A stretch of 64,000 bases of DNA from Penicillus capitatus (GCA_965649825.1 OZ287711.1:416781-480780), one strand, 5' to 3'. Counted from the stretch's first letter, positions 12,728-25,523 are shown. The notes: generated from the sequence alone by a model not told the origin. Made by a program: numbers and translations.

Positions 12728-14354
12728 TTAGGGAAAGAGCGGCTTCGGGACGACGTCCACCCAGACGCCTCCGACGGCCTGCGTGCTGAGCCTCGTCTTG
12801 GTCGTCCGCATCAGTTCCTCCAGCGGCTTCTTCAGTTCGAATTGGTATCGCGTCAGAAGGTGGACGATCGCCAGACGCATCTCGAACCTGGCCAGGTTCT
12901 GTCCGGCGCAGTCCCTCGCGCCGTGCGAGAAGGGGAAGTAGTGCTTCCTCGAAGCGTCCTCGCCCGTCAGCCACCTCTCCGGTCTGAAGACCCCAGGGTC
13001 GCTCCAGTCCTCCCCCGGATCCACCCATCGGTTGCCCGGAACGCACAGCATCGTCCCTTTCGGAATGCGGTATCCCGCGACCGTCATGTCCTCCGTCGCG
13101 ACGCGTCGAGTGCTCTCGAGGATGACGTGACCCACCCGCATCCCTCCCTTCCTTGATCACCGCGTTCAGATAGGGCATCTCCTCGAGGACTTTGAGAGAG
13201 ATCCCCTCGGTCTGCGACGCGCTCAGCTTGTGCTCTGCCAGCTCGTTCGCGAGCTTCTCCAGGGCGCCTCCGTTCGCGAAGAGAAAGGCGAGGATCCACG
13301 TCAGCTGGTGGCCCGTCGTCGGCATCCCCGCCACCATCATCGTCGACAGCTCCGTCACCAGGTCCTTGTCGCGCAGCGGAGCCTTGGTCTCCGGATCGAC
13401 GGTCTTCTTCGGCAGGCACCAGAGGGGCTCCTCGCCCTCGGCCGGATCTTCTCTCTCCTTCGCCGCGTTCAGCAGCCTGTGCCATTCGGCCGCCATGTCC
13501 TTGATCGCCTTCTTGTAGAGCCGCGCCTGTTTCGACCTGCTAAAGATCCGGTGTCGGAGCTGCGTGCGCGGATCGATGCGCAGCTGCAGTCCGACGTCGA
13601 AGGCCGTCTGAAACGTGTCGTAGATTCCCGTGCTGCCGTCCAGAGCGCCGAAGTTCGCGTCCCACGCCACCGTCCCGATCATGTCCATCGTCATTCTCAC
13701 GCAGACGTCCTGCAGATCGACGGGACCCGCCTTCCGCTGCCGCTCGATCAGATCGATCATGCGGAGGATGACGGCGTGCATTCTGGGCACCGCCTTCGCC
13801 AGACGGCTGGTCTGCAGAGCGACAGCGTAGGCCGCCCGAACGGCCTTGGAGTACGGCGTCACGTTCTGGGTCAGGATGGCGGACTTGGCCGTCGGGTCGT
13901 TCCCCAGCACCTACGCGCACGGACGACGTCGGGGCGACCGTCGGCTGTCGGTCTGCCGCGCTCACCGGAAGCAGGTAGCTGGAGACTCCGGCCGACCGCG
14001 GCAGCGGATGCGTCTTCCCCAGGACGACCGTCCTGATGCATTCGGCGTCGCGGACGTACAGCGTTGTCTTGCCGAACGCCACGACCTGCCAACAGCGAGC
14101 TCCTCGGGCAGCCGCGCGACGGTGGACGCTGGACGTACGCGCATGACCTTCGGATTTCCGGTCTGTCTCAGCCAGAGGTCGCGCTGGGCGAACTGGTCCT
14201 CCCCGCGGCTTATGGCCATGGCCATCTCGATGCCCTTGCCGACCCACGGCAGCGAAGGAGGGGACGGGATCTTGCTCAGGTCGTAGCGGCCTCTGTTCCA
14301 CAGCGAGGCCAAGGCGACGAACGCCGAGAGGGAGAGCAGGATCTCCAGAAGCAT
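12728..14354 (-). pseudogene. Cytochrome P450 paralog with a 4-bp duplication frameshift at 13141-13149 (pseudogene or assembly error)
   Basis: Same exon sizes as the 2913 gene (216 and 120 bp; introns 53 and 55 bp). PERW and FSHGARDCAG present. The minus strand reads AAG GAA GGG [AGGG] ATG CGG, which breaks the ExxR (EGMR) motif. Confidence 0.85.
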
Positions 14355-14543
14355 GGCGTCGCCAGTCGGACGAATGGACTCCGTCTGGCGGAATGGACTG
14401 GCGCAGCACGGCAGGAAGCGCCTCGCAGGAGGATGGTCTAAATGGGCGATGGCGCTAGATGACGCCATTCGCAGCGCTGCGCCGACAGTTCGTCGCGGTC
14501 GCGTCATCGCTCGTCGCGTTTCCCGTCAGACGCACGCAGAACA

Positions 14544-15497
14544 ATGCCGGTCGACTCCGACAACGAGAATCCGCTGGCCGACCACCCGCGATACGTGAAG
14601 GTCCGCGAGCTGAACCGCGGCGCATTCGGCTTCGTCTTCCTCGCCGAGGACACGAAGGCCAACAACGAGAAGGTCGCCATCAAGTTCCTGCCCAGGGGCC
14701 CGCGCATCAACGTCAACGTCGAGCGCGAGATTCTGAACCACAAGAACCTGCTGCACCACCACGTCGTCCAGTTCAAGGGCGTCTTCCTGACGAAGCGCCA
14801 CCTCGCCATCATCATGGAGTACGCACCCGGAGGCGACCTCATGGACTACATCCGCCAGCACAGAGGCGTCTCCGAGGAGCTGGCCAGGTGGTTCTTCCAG
14901 CAGCTGATCATCGGGCTCGACTACTGCCACCGGATGGGCGTCGCCAACCGCGACATCAAGCTCGAGAACACGCTGCTGGACGACAAGGCGTGGCCCCTGG
15001 TCAAGATCTGCGACTTCGGATACTCCAAGCACGTCGTCGAGGACTCCGTTCCGACGTCCCTGGTCGGAACGCGTCCCTATCTGGCGCCGGAGGTGGTCTT
15101 CCGCGAGAGCCCGAAGGACCCCTACGACGGCAAGACGGCCGACATCTGGTGCTGCGGCGTGCTGTTGTACGTGATGATGGTCGGGCGCTACCCGTTCGAG
15201 CGCAGCGGCGAGGACCCGAGGCGCCACGCCAACGAGATCCGCCAGCGCCTGAAGGACCTCGACTACGAGATCCCGGAGGGGACGATGTCCGGCGAGTGCG
15301 AGGACCTCGTTCGCAGGATCCTCGTCTCCGACCCCGCGCAGCGTCTGACGATCGGAGACATCCAGAACCACCCGTGGTACAAGAAGGACCTGCCGCCGGG
15401 CGCGCTGGACATGAACGAGAACGCCGAGGCGCAGCCGGACCTGCAGACCGAGGCCGAGATCCGTGCGCTGTGCGAGGACGCCCGCGTTCCTCTGTGA
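14544..15497 (+). CDS. SnRK2-like Ser/Thr protein kinase, intronless, 317 aa
   Basis: GAFG, VAIK, NVEREILNH, ANRDIKLEN, VKICDFGYSK, GTRPYLAPEV, YDGKTADIWCCGV, MMVGRYPFE follow the SnRK2 pattern. Confidence 0.9.
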   Translation: MPVDSDNENPLADHPRYVKVRELNRGAFGFVFLAEDTKANNEKVAIKFLPRGPRINVNVEREILNHKNLLHHHVVQFKGVFLTKRHLAIIMEYAPGGDLMDYIRQHRGVSEELARWFFQQLIIGLDYCHRMGVANRDIKLENTLLDDKAWPLVKICDFGYSKHVVEDSVPTSLVGTRPYLAPEVVFRESPKDPYDGKTADIWCCGVLLYVMMVGRYPFERSGEDPRRHANEIRQRLKDLDYEIPEGTMSGECEDLVRRILVSDPAQRLTIGDIQNHPWYKKDLPPGALDMNENAEAQPDLQTEAEIRALCEDARVPL

Positions 15498-15706
15498 TCG
15501 GGACGGCGGCGGCGAACGAGCGGTCAATAACAAGATCAAGTTTTCCAGCATTGTTGCTCCAAACGTTTGACAAGAGTCAGGCAGAGACAGACTGCCGTGC
15601 GACGGCCCTTGTGTTTTCGGACTCATGACGTGCAAGGGAGAGCGGGGTTTCTCTCGGACACGCTTCGCACAGACTGTCTGCCTGTAATCGATCATTTTAA
15701 GCGCCG

Positions 15707-18023
15707 CTACGTGCACCGCCTGAGCGCCCGGCAGAAGTCGGGTGCGTCGTCGGACAGCCTCGTCCACTCCTCCCTGTCCGGCATCCAGCCGCGCCATCGG
15801 AGCCGCGTCATGACCTCCAGCAGAGGCGACGCGTGCACCGACATGCAGGAAAGCTCTCTGAGACACCAGACCCTAAAGTCCCATCTCCAGAGCGGCCAGC
15901 GCGTCATGACGTCGCCGATCAGGGCCAGCAGCAGGTCCTCGTTGAGCAGCAGGAGACGGTAGTCCGAGATCGGGCATCCGCACATCGTCTGCACCACGGT
16001 CAGGGTCTGGACGCAGCTCTCCACGAGCGACCTGCGGGGAACAGGTTGCGCGACGGCGCGGATGGACGAGCGGTGCGTGCCTGAACTGCCGGATCCTGCC
16101 GAGATCCTCGATCGAGAGCACCGGCTTCCCGTAGAGCTGCCTGTCCCTGACGTCTCGGACGAACGCGTCCACGACGCGGCGCAGGATGACGAGCGTCGAG
16201 AGGTACCACTAGAGAAGAGAGGGGCCGTGCTGGACGCTCGGATGAGTGAGGCGCAAACCTGTACGACAGAGAGCTCGACGTCGACGTCCAGCGTCGCGCG
16301 TCCGACGGAGACTCTGAAGAGCGGACGCGCCCAGATCGGCGACATGAGCCTGCGGAAGAACGTGCGGAATCCATCGACCAGGGCACACTGGATCTTGGCG
16401 TCGCCCATCGCCCAACCAACGCCGGCCTGGACAGAGACGTCGCTCAGAGAGGGCGCGAGGCGATGGATTTGCGCACCCCTTCTCTGACCATGGCGAGCAT
16501 GATCGCCGAGGCCACCGTCTCCTCGGCGCTGTGGATCCGGACGAAGAGCCCGAGGCCACTCGCGTCCCGCTCGGCGAGGACCTTCGAGAGGGAGCGGTAG
16601 GGCCACTCGCCTCGGACGAACACCAGGGCCTCGTCGGTCAGGACGACGAAGCGAGGCGTCGGGCTGAGCAGCTGCTGCGTCAGAGGGTCGCTCGGCTGCT
16701 CCAGCGACTCGAGCGGGCGGTACGCATCGGCGATCCACGCGGGCGGCTCCAGTTCGAAGCAGCCTCGGAAGCCTCCCGGGTACTCCTTCGGGATCTCCTC
16801 GACGACGAGGTCCGGCACCTCGCGGCGGACGGGGCCGAGCGAGACCCACCTGAGCGTCGTCGCCGGCGTCTCTCGGCCGATGTCGGTGAAGGCGAGAAGC
16901 AGTCTGCCTCCGGCGCAGCCGACGGCGCGCACGACATCGTTCCTTGTCTGCCGCAGCTCCTTGAACAGGGAGAGGCCCGAGGCCACCAGCTCCAACGGAT
17001 GGTACGCGCCGGGCGGCGAGAGGCAGCCGCGGTGAGGCCCGGGCAGAAACCAGTGCTGCACGCCGTCGGCGCTGAGTCCCAGCAGGCAGAAAGGGTGGTG
17101 CGGCAGCGGAATGCGCGTGACGGAATGCACTTCGACGCCCGGCTGGTGAAACTGCCCGACGCAGCGGAGAGGGGCGTCGCCCTCGAAGACGAAGACCTCG
17201 ATCTCAGAGTCCGCGTGGAGACAGACGAGCAGTTCCTCCCGGGCGTCGACCGTGACGGACAGAACGGGACTGGATCGGCGAAGGCCGAGCTGCTGCGCGA
17301 CGAAGTCGCAGATCAGCGAAGCCCAGTCCGCGCCGTGGCGCACGTCGTCGATCTGCACCCGCGCGACAGAGCCGGGACGTCGGACGGAGACGTCGCAGAG
17401 ACGTCCGTTCTCTCCGCCGACGACGAAACGCCCGTCGGACAGCGTCGCAAAGGCCGTCGGCTTCGACGGGAGACTCGCCGCGCCTTCCCGGTCGCCCACC
17501 TCGAAACTGCCGCAGGGCAGAGTCTCCACGCGGTGCGAATAGACCTACAGCAGCGTCACCTTCGAGAGCGACGTCTCTTGCGGGAACTCACGCACCATGG
17601 CGTCCGTCAGGACGATGAGGGTCCGCGCCTCGCCTGCGTATCCGACGAAACAGACGGGTTCCGCCTGGCGCATCCCGAGCGGCGACTCCGCGGATGCGTC
17701 TTTGCGGCAGAGGAAGATGTCGCGACCGGCGACCACGCAGACGGCGTCGAGGTCGGGCAGGTAGGCGACGTGCGAGATCGGCACGCCCCTCGTCGTCCTC
17801 GAACGCAGACTCTCCTTCCAGTTCCACTCCTCGGCCTCGAACCCGCGTCGGCATCGAATCTGGAAGAAGGAAGCTGACGGGGCGAAGGATGAACGAGGCG
17901 GAGACGAACCGCGAAGCACTCCGGGGCGTCGAAGCACATGAGATCCGAAAGGCATGGGGGGATTTCGGTGCCGGTCTGGGCGTCCACGGCAAACCACGCG
18001 GCGCGGACGTCGCCAGGGCGCAT
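15707..18023 (-). CDS. Divergent, short Nup155/Nup170-like protein (beta-propeller plus partial helical region), about 7 exons
   Basis: DGRFVVGGENGRLCDV, VDAREELLVCLHADSEIEVF, PLTQQLLSPTPRFVVLT and HSAEETVASAIMLA resemble Nup155 N-terminal motifs. Exons join through roughly 50-60 bp introns, one with a GC donor. Confidence 0.55.
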
Positions 18024-18229
18024 GGAAGACGTTTCCGTCGACGCGTCTGCGAGGCGTCTTGCGCGTTCTGGAAAAACGGACATGCTTCGACGGGAGATAC
18101 GAAAGCGAGCCCAGCGGCGAGACGAAAACGGATTCGGCAGCGTGTACTGCACGAGGCCAACCGTCCATGACGTCTCGGACACGCGTCCGCGACGCAGCGC
18201 AGCGAAAAAGGCGTCAGGCGCCTCGCTTC

Positions 18230-20275
18230 TTACACAGACCGTTCGGCGAGAGAGCCGGCGGAGTCTAGTCGCGCGGAGGAAGGCGCCTGTCTTCTCGTCA
18301 GCCAGTCCGAGAACTGTCGCACAGACCAGAGATCGTCGCGGCGATCGCCACGTGCAGGAGCGCACCTTCGCGAAGAACTCTCCGAAGACGTCGGCGTTCT
18401 CCGTCATCGTGCTGAAGTCCTTCGGCAGCGCGATCGCGAGGCGTTCCTGCGCCGAGTAGTTTCGCAGTTCGTTGGCCCGGTACAGGTCCCCTGCGTTCTC
18501 CTCGAGCTGGATCCAGGCAATCCACACCGCCTCGTTGCGCGGATCCACCTTGACGCCGTACTTGAACAGCGTCCGCGCCGCGTCCAGGTCTCCGAGGCGC
18601 TCCTCCATCCGACCCCACGCCTGCAGCCCACCCGCCCTCGGACAGCGGACATCCGCGGACGGACCGGACCTCGAAGATGACGGCGGCGTTCCGGGAGCTG
18701 GGCGCAGCCCAGATGCCGCGCTGGAAGAGATCCCTCGCCCGTTCGTGGTTCCCCAGCCGCGACTCGAAGACGCCCCACGCCTGCCAGGAGTGCAGGTGTC
18801 GAGGGTCGACGTCGACGCTCTGCGCCACGCAGCACCGATCTTCCCGCCACTCCGACTCCCCGATGCTCACCTGCTGAAAGCGCATCCGCGCCTCTTCGAA
18901 GTTCCCGCACTGCGCTTCGAGGCGAGCCAGGGCCTGCAGCAAGGCCGCGTCTGCCGGATTCTTCGCGTGTCCCCTGCATCGCGTCAGTTGGTCAGTACGC
19001 GGAGCGCGTCGAGGCGTCGGCTGACCGAAGGAAGAGCTTCCGCGCTTCTTCCAGGCGTCCCTCCTTCTGCTCGATGCATCCCCAGGAGAGGTACACGTAC
19101 CGCCCCTTCGGACCCAGCTGGCCTCCACAGAGCGCGTCCCGTGGCACTGCGAACGGGCCCTTACCTTGAGGGACTGCTCGAAGAGCCGTCGCATCAGTTG
19201 CGTCTGTCCCTGTTTCTGTTCCAGCAACGCCCAGGCCGTCCACAAGACGTAGCTCTTCGAACCTCTGGCCGTCCCCGTCCCGGTCCTGAGGGATCCCGTC
19301 GCCGAATCGCCCCGCCGAGAGGGAACGCACCTGAACCAGTGTCTGGCCTGGTCGTAGAGGCCGAGGTCCGTCGCCAGTCTTGCCAGCGACAGGAAGAGGT
19401 AGGGGGACGGCGTCCCCTTGGCGTGGCGAATGCCCTTCATCCAGCAGTCCTTCGCCAACTGATAGTTTCCGTCCCTCTTCTCCAACTCCCCCCACGCGTG
19501 CCACGCCGCCTCGTGGGACCTGCACTTCGGCGCCTCGGTCCACCGCCGACAAAAAACGAACAGACGGACCGATCCGCCGTGATGGCGGCCTCGAAGCTGT
19601 TCCGCGCTGCGTCGAGCCGATTCTCCTTCGCCTCCAGGTTCCCCAGCGCCGTCCACAGGAACGGATTGGCCCCCTCTGCGCGGCAAGTTCCCTCGGTCAT
19701 GCGACGTCCGAAGAGAGAGAGAGAGTTGAAGGAGCGACCTGCCACGGCGCAGCCGTCCTCTAGAAGGCGACGCGCGTCGTCGTAGCGCCTTTCGATTTCG
19801 AGGAGGCGGCCGAGTCCGACGTAGGCCCGACCGTCCGTGGGATCCATGGACAGGATGCGTTGGTAGCTCGCCTCTGCCTGTCGAAACATCTTCTCGCGCT
19901 GGTCGGCGTCCGTCGCGATCACGCCTTGTCGCCGGCACATCTTGGCTCGGTGCTACACGCACCACGAAATCCTCGGCCACTCGTCGGTGCTCAGAATTCG
20001 AGGCCGCGCACCAGCAGAAGGTCTCGGTTGATCTTGAGGGGCTTCGTCCGTTGCTCCTGCAGCTGGGCGGCTCCGCCGTCTTCCAAGATGCGACTGGCCA
20101 CATCTCCGAGCGCCGACTGGACGCTGTTCTCGCCGCGCTGTCCCTCGCGGCCGTTCACCTCGGCGGTCACGCTGAGACGCGTCGGCCGAGAGGGACGCCG
20201 GACGGTGCGTCCCGCAGTCGACGGTACGCTCCAGCGCCATCTGCACTCCACGGTCTGCGCCATCCTTCGAGACAT
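18230..20275 (-). CDS. HCF107: Chloroplast HAT/TPR RNA-stability protein, HCF107/Mbb1-like, multi-exon
   Basis: Transit-peptide-like N-terminus, PLKINRDLLL|HRAK, DPTDGRAYVGLG, repeated HAT units (AWHAWGELE, LWTAWALLE, SWQAWGVFE, VWIAWIQLE). Confidence 0.85.
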
Positions 20276-20419
20276 CGAGCGGACGATCTCGTGATGGCCT
20301 CATTAGACTCCCTAAATTGCCCGTCCGTTCGCCCGTCTAATGAGCCCATCCTGATGAATGGAATGCATGCGAATTGAAAACGCACTGCGTTCTCTGGCGG
20401 CGTTCAGAAAGTCGACGTC

Positions 20420-21417
20420 ATGCCTCGCGGACCGAAGAAGCACCTGAAGCGCCTCAATGCGCCGAGCCACTGGATGCTCGACAAACTGGGCGGGATCTTC
20501 GTCCGTCTCTCCTTCCTGCGCTCTGAGCCCAAGCGCCGTTTGTGCGTTCAGGCGCCGAAGCCTTCGTGCGGACCACACCCTCAACGCGACTGCCTGCCGC
20601 TCATCATCCTCCTGCGCAACCGCCTCAAGTAGAGGACCCATCCGGCGCATGCGGAGGCCGAGACACGGTGTGGAGGTACGCGCTGACGGGACGCGAGGTT
20701 CGGGCGATCCTGAGCAACCGCTTCGTCAAGATCGACGGCAAGGTGCGGACGGATGCGACATTCCCGACCGGGTTCATGGACGTGGTGCACATCGAGAAGA
20801 CCAACGAGTACTTCAGGTCGGAGCGTTCCTGTCACCTCGTTCCTCATCGGCCCCGTGCGAGACAGGCTGCTGTACGACGCCAAGGGGCGATTCGTCGCTC
20901 ACCGCATCACCAAGGAGGAGGCCAGCTACAAGCTCTGCAAGATTCGCAAGCTGCAGGTCGGGCACAAGGGACTGCCGTTCGTGGGAACGCACGACGGCAG
21001 AACCATCCGATTTCCTGATCCCCTGATTCGGGTGCGTCGCCGTTCTGGGCGAGGAGTGAGAGAGCCAGCGGTGGCGGTGTGTCTGCTCAGGTCAACGACA
21101 CGGTGCTGCTGGACATCGAGACGGGGAAGATCAAAGACTTCATCAAGTTCGAGGTGGGCAGCATGGCGATGGTGACGGGCGGGAAGAACGTCGGGAGGAT
21201 CGGCAAGATCAAGCACAAGGAGAGGCACAAGGGCTCGTTCGACATCGTCCACATAGAAGACGACGCAGGAAACACGTTCGCGACGCGCATCTCCAACGTC
21301 TTCGTGATCGGGAAGGCGGACAAGCCGCTGGTGTCGCTGCCGAAGGGCAAGGGCGTCAGGCCGACCATTCTCCAGGAACAGGAGCAGAGATTTGGCAAAG
21401 TGTTCGGGGAGGCGTGA
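20420..21417 (+). CDS. RPS4: Cytosolic 40S ribosomal protein S4 (eS4), 5 exons
   Basis: [27 protein letters not shown]|APKPS..RNRLK|[28 protein letters not shown]. Short GT-AG introns (first two 51 and 47 bp). Confidence 0.98.
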
Positions 21418-22249
21418 ATGGACGTGGCCTGTAAGACGCACGACTGTCGAGTTGAATGCGAGTGCGAGCTGCAATCGACGTCCGGCGTGCCGTTCCAAAA
21501 CCGACAGAACGAGCACTCTTGAGGGTCGCATGCGTCCACGTCGTCGGATCCCGTGCGGGGATACTTGTCCCGACGGATGCGCATCTCCCTCGGAGACACC
21601 CGCGCGTCTTCGCGGCCGACGACAGTCGGCCACAGGTTCGACGAATTGCACAGACGAACTGATGGGTCGTTCGCTGCTTTCGAAGACCCGGGGTATCGTC
21701 GAAGCACACCGACCCACGGGTCATCAGGTCATTCGAATCGATTTTGGTGCGCAGAAGGCTTCAGCGAGAAGACCAGTTACCTCAAAGGAGGGCTAACCTG
21801 CTTGCCGATTTTCTGTCGGCGGTCGGCGAAGACGACCTCGGCGCGACAAGTGAGCCGCAAATGGCACAGTCGGCACGATGAACGACGACGGGTCTCCTAA
21901 CCTACAGTGAACACGTCACTCGTGAGAGCGGTCTGTTGATGGTGAGTTAAATGCTCCTCGCTGGCAGAGAGGATTCGATCGTGGGCGACAGCCTGTTGTC
22001 TTTCTCTATGACGTTTGGAATGTGCGTGCGCACTGGTCCATTTGCTGCTTTGGGATGGATGTTGTTTGTTTGAGTCCATCGTCGGCAGCGCATCCATAGC
22101 GAACAGAAAAGATCAGTGGAGATCCTTGGAGTCATGCTCTGCCAGTTTTGAAACATTGCGATAGAGCACATCGTTCCGAGTGTGTAGGCCAAAGGATTCA
22201 ACAAGATCCGACGTCACATCTACCGATGTTCAGTACATTTAGCGGCTAG

Positions 22250-24166
22250 ATGGAAAACGGTTTGTCGTTTTGTCATCCTCACCACGCCTTTTTGCCAATC
22301 TTCCCTGTCGTTAACGGTTCGACGAAGAAGGACGGTCGGACGCTGGGAGGCCGACTTAAACGGCTCGACGTTTTCATATCTGGCGTAAAGTTGCGGAGTT
22401 CCAAGAAGGTTCGCGCTGCGAAGTTGTTCCAGTGTACCTCACGTTGTCCTCCCTCCCTATCGCCGAACTTCGCGTCGGTGGTTGGTTCCGTCTCTGAGAA
22501 CGACGTCACGAACACGGAGATTCGTGAAGACATGGGAGACCTCCTGTTGCGCGAGGACATCCTGTCGAAGGTCCTCGTCCATCTCGTCGACAGCGGACTG
22601 CACGAATGCCGTCGCGTTTGTCGTAAGTGGTACGAGGTCTGCAACAAACTCCCAGTGAAACTCAACATCCGTCTCCACAGAGATCTTTATTTCGATCCGG
22701 ACCAGTTTCCTAACTCCTGTTCATTGAAGCTAGGCAACGACATCTCCTGGAAATGTACTGCCATCGAAAACCATCTTCTGCCCTGCCTGACAAAGCTGGA
22801 TCGCATCACGCACCTCGAGCTCTCTGTAAGTAACTGGCCTTTTGTCCATTTTCCGCAAAAATCTCTAGCAGCCTTGCACTCAGTGCGATCCCTCTCAGTC
22901 AGCGTACACACGGAGTCCGCTTTTCTCGACCTTTTAAAGACGCTGAGGTGCCTGACGCATCTGAGAGCGCTCAAACTGGCCGGGGAGAAAGTACCGTTCG
23001 GGATGACAGACACGGCTCCGATCACAGAGATTAAGGAACTCAGAGAGCTGAGTGCGCAGCTGTGTTTCCTCGTCAATGGAGAGAACCAGTTGATCTTCGG
23101 CACTCAGACGCAGTTGACAAGACTTGAATTTCTGAGAGACCTCTCTTATTCTGCTGTCGGCAGCGTCTCGCTGCAGGTCATCTCTGTTCCCGTTTGCCAT
23201 CCTTCGGACTGTGTTCTATTGTAGGCTATCCGTATGCTCGCCCCAAATCTGCGTTCCTTCACAATCGATGAATCGGGTGGCGTAAAACTTACGGTCAAAG
23301 ACTGCGACGCTTTGAGACACCTTTCGCAGTTGGATAAGCTTGTGCTGAGGCAAATTGATGTGAGGGACGAAGATCTCGTCAGTATCTTGGAGAATCTGAG
23401 TGGGCTAACCGCCCTGGAGATCTTTGACGTATCAATGCCGAACGCCACACGCATTCTCGATTGCATCTTTTCGATGTCCAATCTGAAAGCGCTGGCCTTC
23501 AGACCAACCTGGCAAGCCGCTCGACAGATCAGCCCACCAACCCACGCGAGTTCGATGCAGCTGACAAAGCTCTCTTGGGAGTTCAAGACATCTTTGCTAC
23601 AGACGGTGCGCCTGACAGATATCACGCACTTTGGCGTTCTCATCTGGGACGAGAGCTGTCTCGATGGCCTTGTTCGTGCGTTGGAGTCGATGCCAAATCT
23701 GCAGTGGCTGAGAGTTGTAAATACCTATTTGGGGCAGCCGTTGTCAAGCTGTCTTTTTGCCCCGATGAGAAAACTGAAAAGATTAGACTTCAGACGAGTG
23801 GACGTTGATTCGGCTATCTACCAAGCTTTGGCCGCCTTGCCAGAATTGACCGAACTTGATTTACACGGTCTTCGTGGAGTGGGAAGCCCGACATCCACCT
23901 CTTTCCATTCACAGATCAATCTACTCACGAATTTGAGATGCTTGGGAGTTAGCGTCGCTTGTCTTGAACAATTTGATGATTTGCTGGAGAGACTTTCGGG
24001 AGAGAACCTAAAGAGACTGCAAAGGCTGCACGTAGCCTTTTCAAATGACACCTTGCATCACACAGTCCTTGTTAACAGGCCGGATCCCGGTGCAGCCCTT
24101 TTCAAAAGGCTGCCGTCGCTCCGTCATTTTTCCCAGGGAATTGGAAACCTTGATGTCAATTGGTGA
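22250..24166 (+). CDS. F-box-LRR protein (intron 23177-23224; start at 22250 or 22532)
   Basis: LLLREDILSKVLVHLVDSGLHECRRVCRKWYEVCNKLPV, LRRs, and the family intron after LQ (48 bp). Confidence 0.9.
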
Positions 24167-25523
24167 ATGCTAGTTCAATGGCGTGACGTACAGATAGACG
24201 TGCATGTGTCTTTATTTGCATCCGCCGTCAAAGGGTCGTCCAATTTGACCAGGTTTCAGAACTCCTGTTCTTCTTGGTCTTCGCTATTCAGTTTCGCGGA
24301 GATCGAGTTGCCTTTGCTGAGACATCAGAGGACGAATCTGTTGTTCAGGTCCAAACCTCAGTTTGTGTTGCGTTCGAAACACCTGTGTTGTCCTTAACAG
24401 TACATAAAGTGTTATTCCTTTCCCATCACCGCACAGCACGATTCGGCGAAGATCGTTGAGAGACGACGATCCTCTTGGCCGACTCCACGTAGTCTGCAGT
24501 TTTCATTGAATCGATATCTTTTGCGAAGAAATAACAACCAAAATCGCCTCCATGGCCCTCTCTCCTCTCGTGGAGGGTTGACGTTGTAGGATCCGTTCGC
24601 GAACGCCACTCGAACGTCGAATGGCGATGTCACAAATGGATCTTCGTTGTTCAATGAGGTGTACACGACGCGCTATGGAACAATCGACTCCGATCAAGTC
24701 GGCAAGCTGCGATGGCATCTTAAATTGCGTGTGTGTTCTATAGAGGTCGACGCTTTAAGCGAGAGAGTCGTATCGTTCTAGAAAATTCACTAAATCCTTC
24801 GCCGACACACGACGGTATGAACGGGGAAGAATAGATGAGACCAAGAGCCGGTGCACGACGGCTTAACTTTACATCATCCCCTGCAAACGATCTTTCATGA
24901 TTCTCTTCGGCTTTCTTTAAACATTTGGACCGCGAGAAGGGTAGGAGAGTTCGCAGAAATCGAGTTATGGTCAGATTTCAGAGCCATGCATGAAGAAGTG
25001 CACAGAAAAGGCAACAATGAAACAGAACTTTCGATGAGCAAATACGCAACGCAAAGAACAAGAAAGCACTCACTGTTGCCTCGAGAACCAAGAAGTCTCC
25101 CTAGACTTCACGCAGAACTTATCCAAGAGTTACTGAATAACCGGAGGAACACAAGTGGCTTTGCCACTAGTTTCACCCCCGTAACTATCTTCTAGTCCTC
25201 TGGGATTTACCAATTGAGTTTCCAACTTGAATTAATTCCGTCCGCATCATCTATCAAGTCACGGTGCTTTATTTTTTAGGACTGCACGTGCCTCCTGTCA
25301 CGTCGCGCATCTCACCTCAACGCATCGCTACCAACGCCCTGCTTTTCACAAAACGAATCGTTTAGTTTTTTTCCTACCCAGAATCCATGAAGAGACCCTG
25401 GTGAACCGATACGAAAACGACTTAAAAACACAAAATCGTAAACAAGGCAATCCTTCGTCCTTTATAGCGCTGTTGAGATATGGCGATATCAGTGTTTTAT
25501 CCAAACAATAGCATAAGATATGA

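Noticed and set aside
12200-21500. Long overlapping ORFs (e.g. 14526-15866 minus, 14459-15628, 16531-17877, 18472-19785, 13230-14036)
   Set aside because: These are shadow frames produced by high GC3 opposite or out of frame with recognisable genes, with low-complexity R/P/G/A translations.
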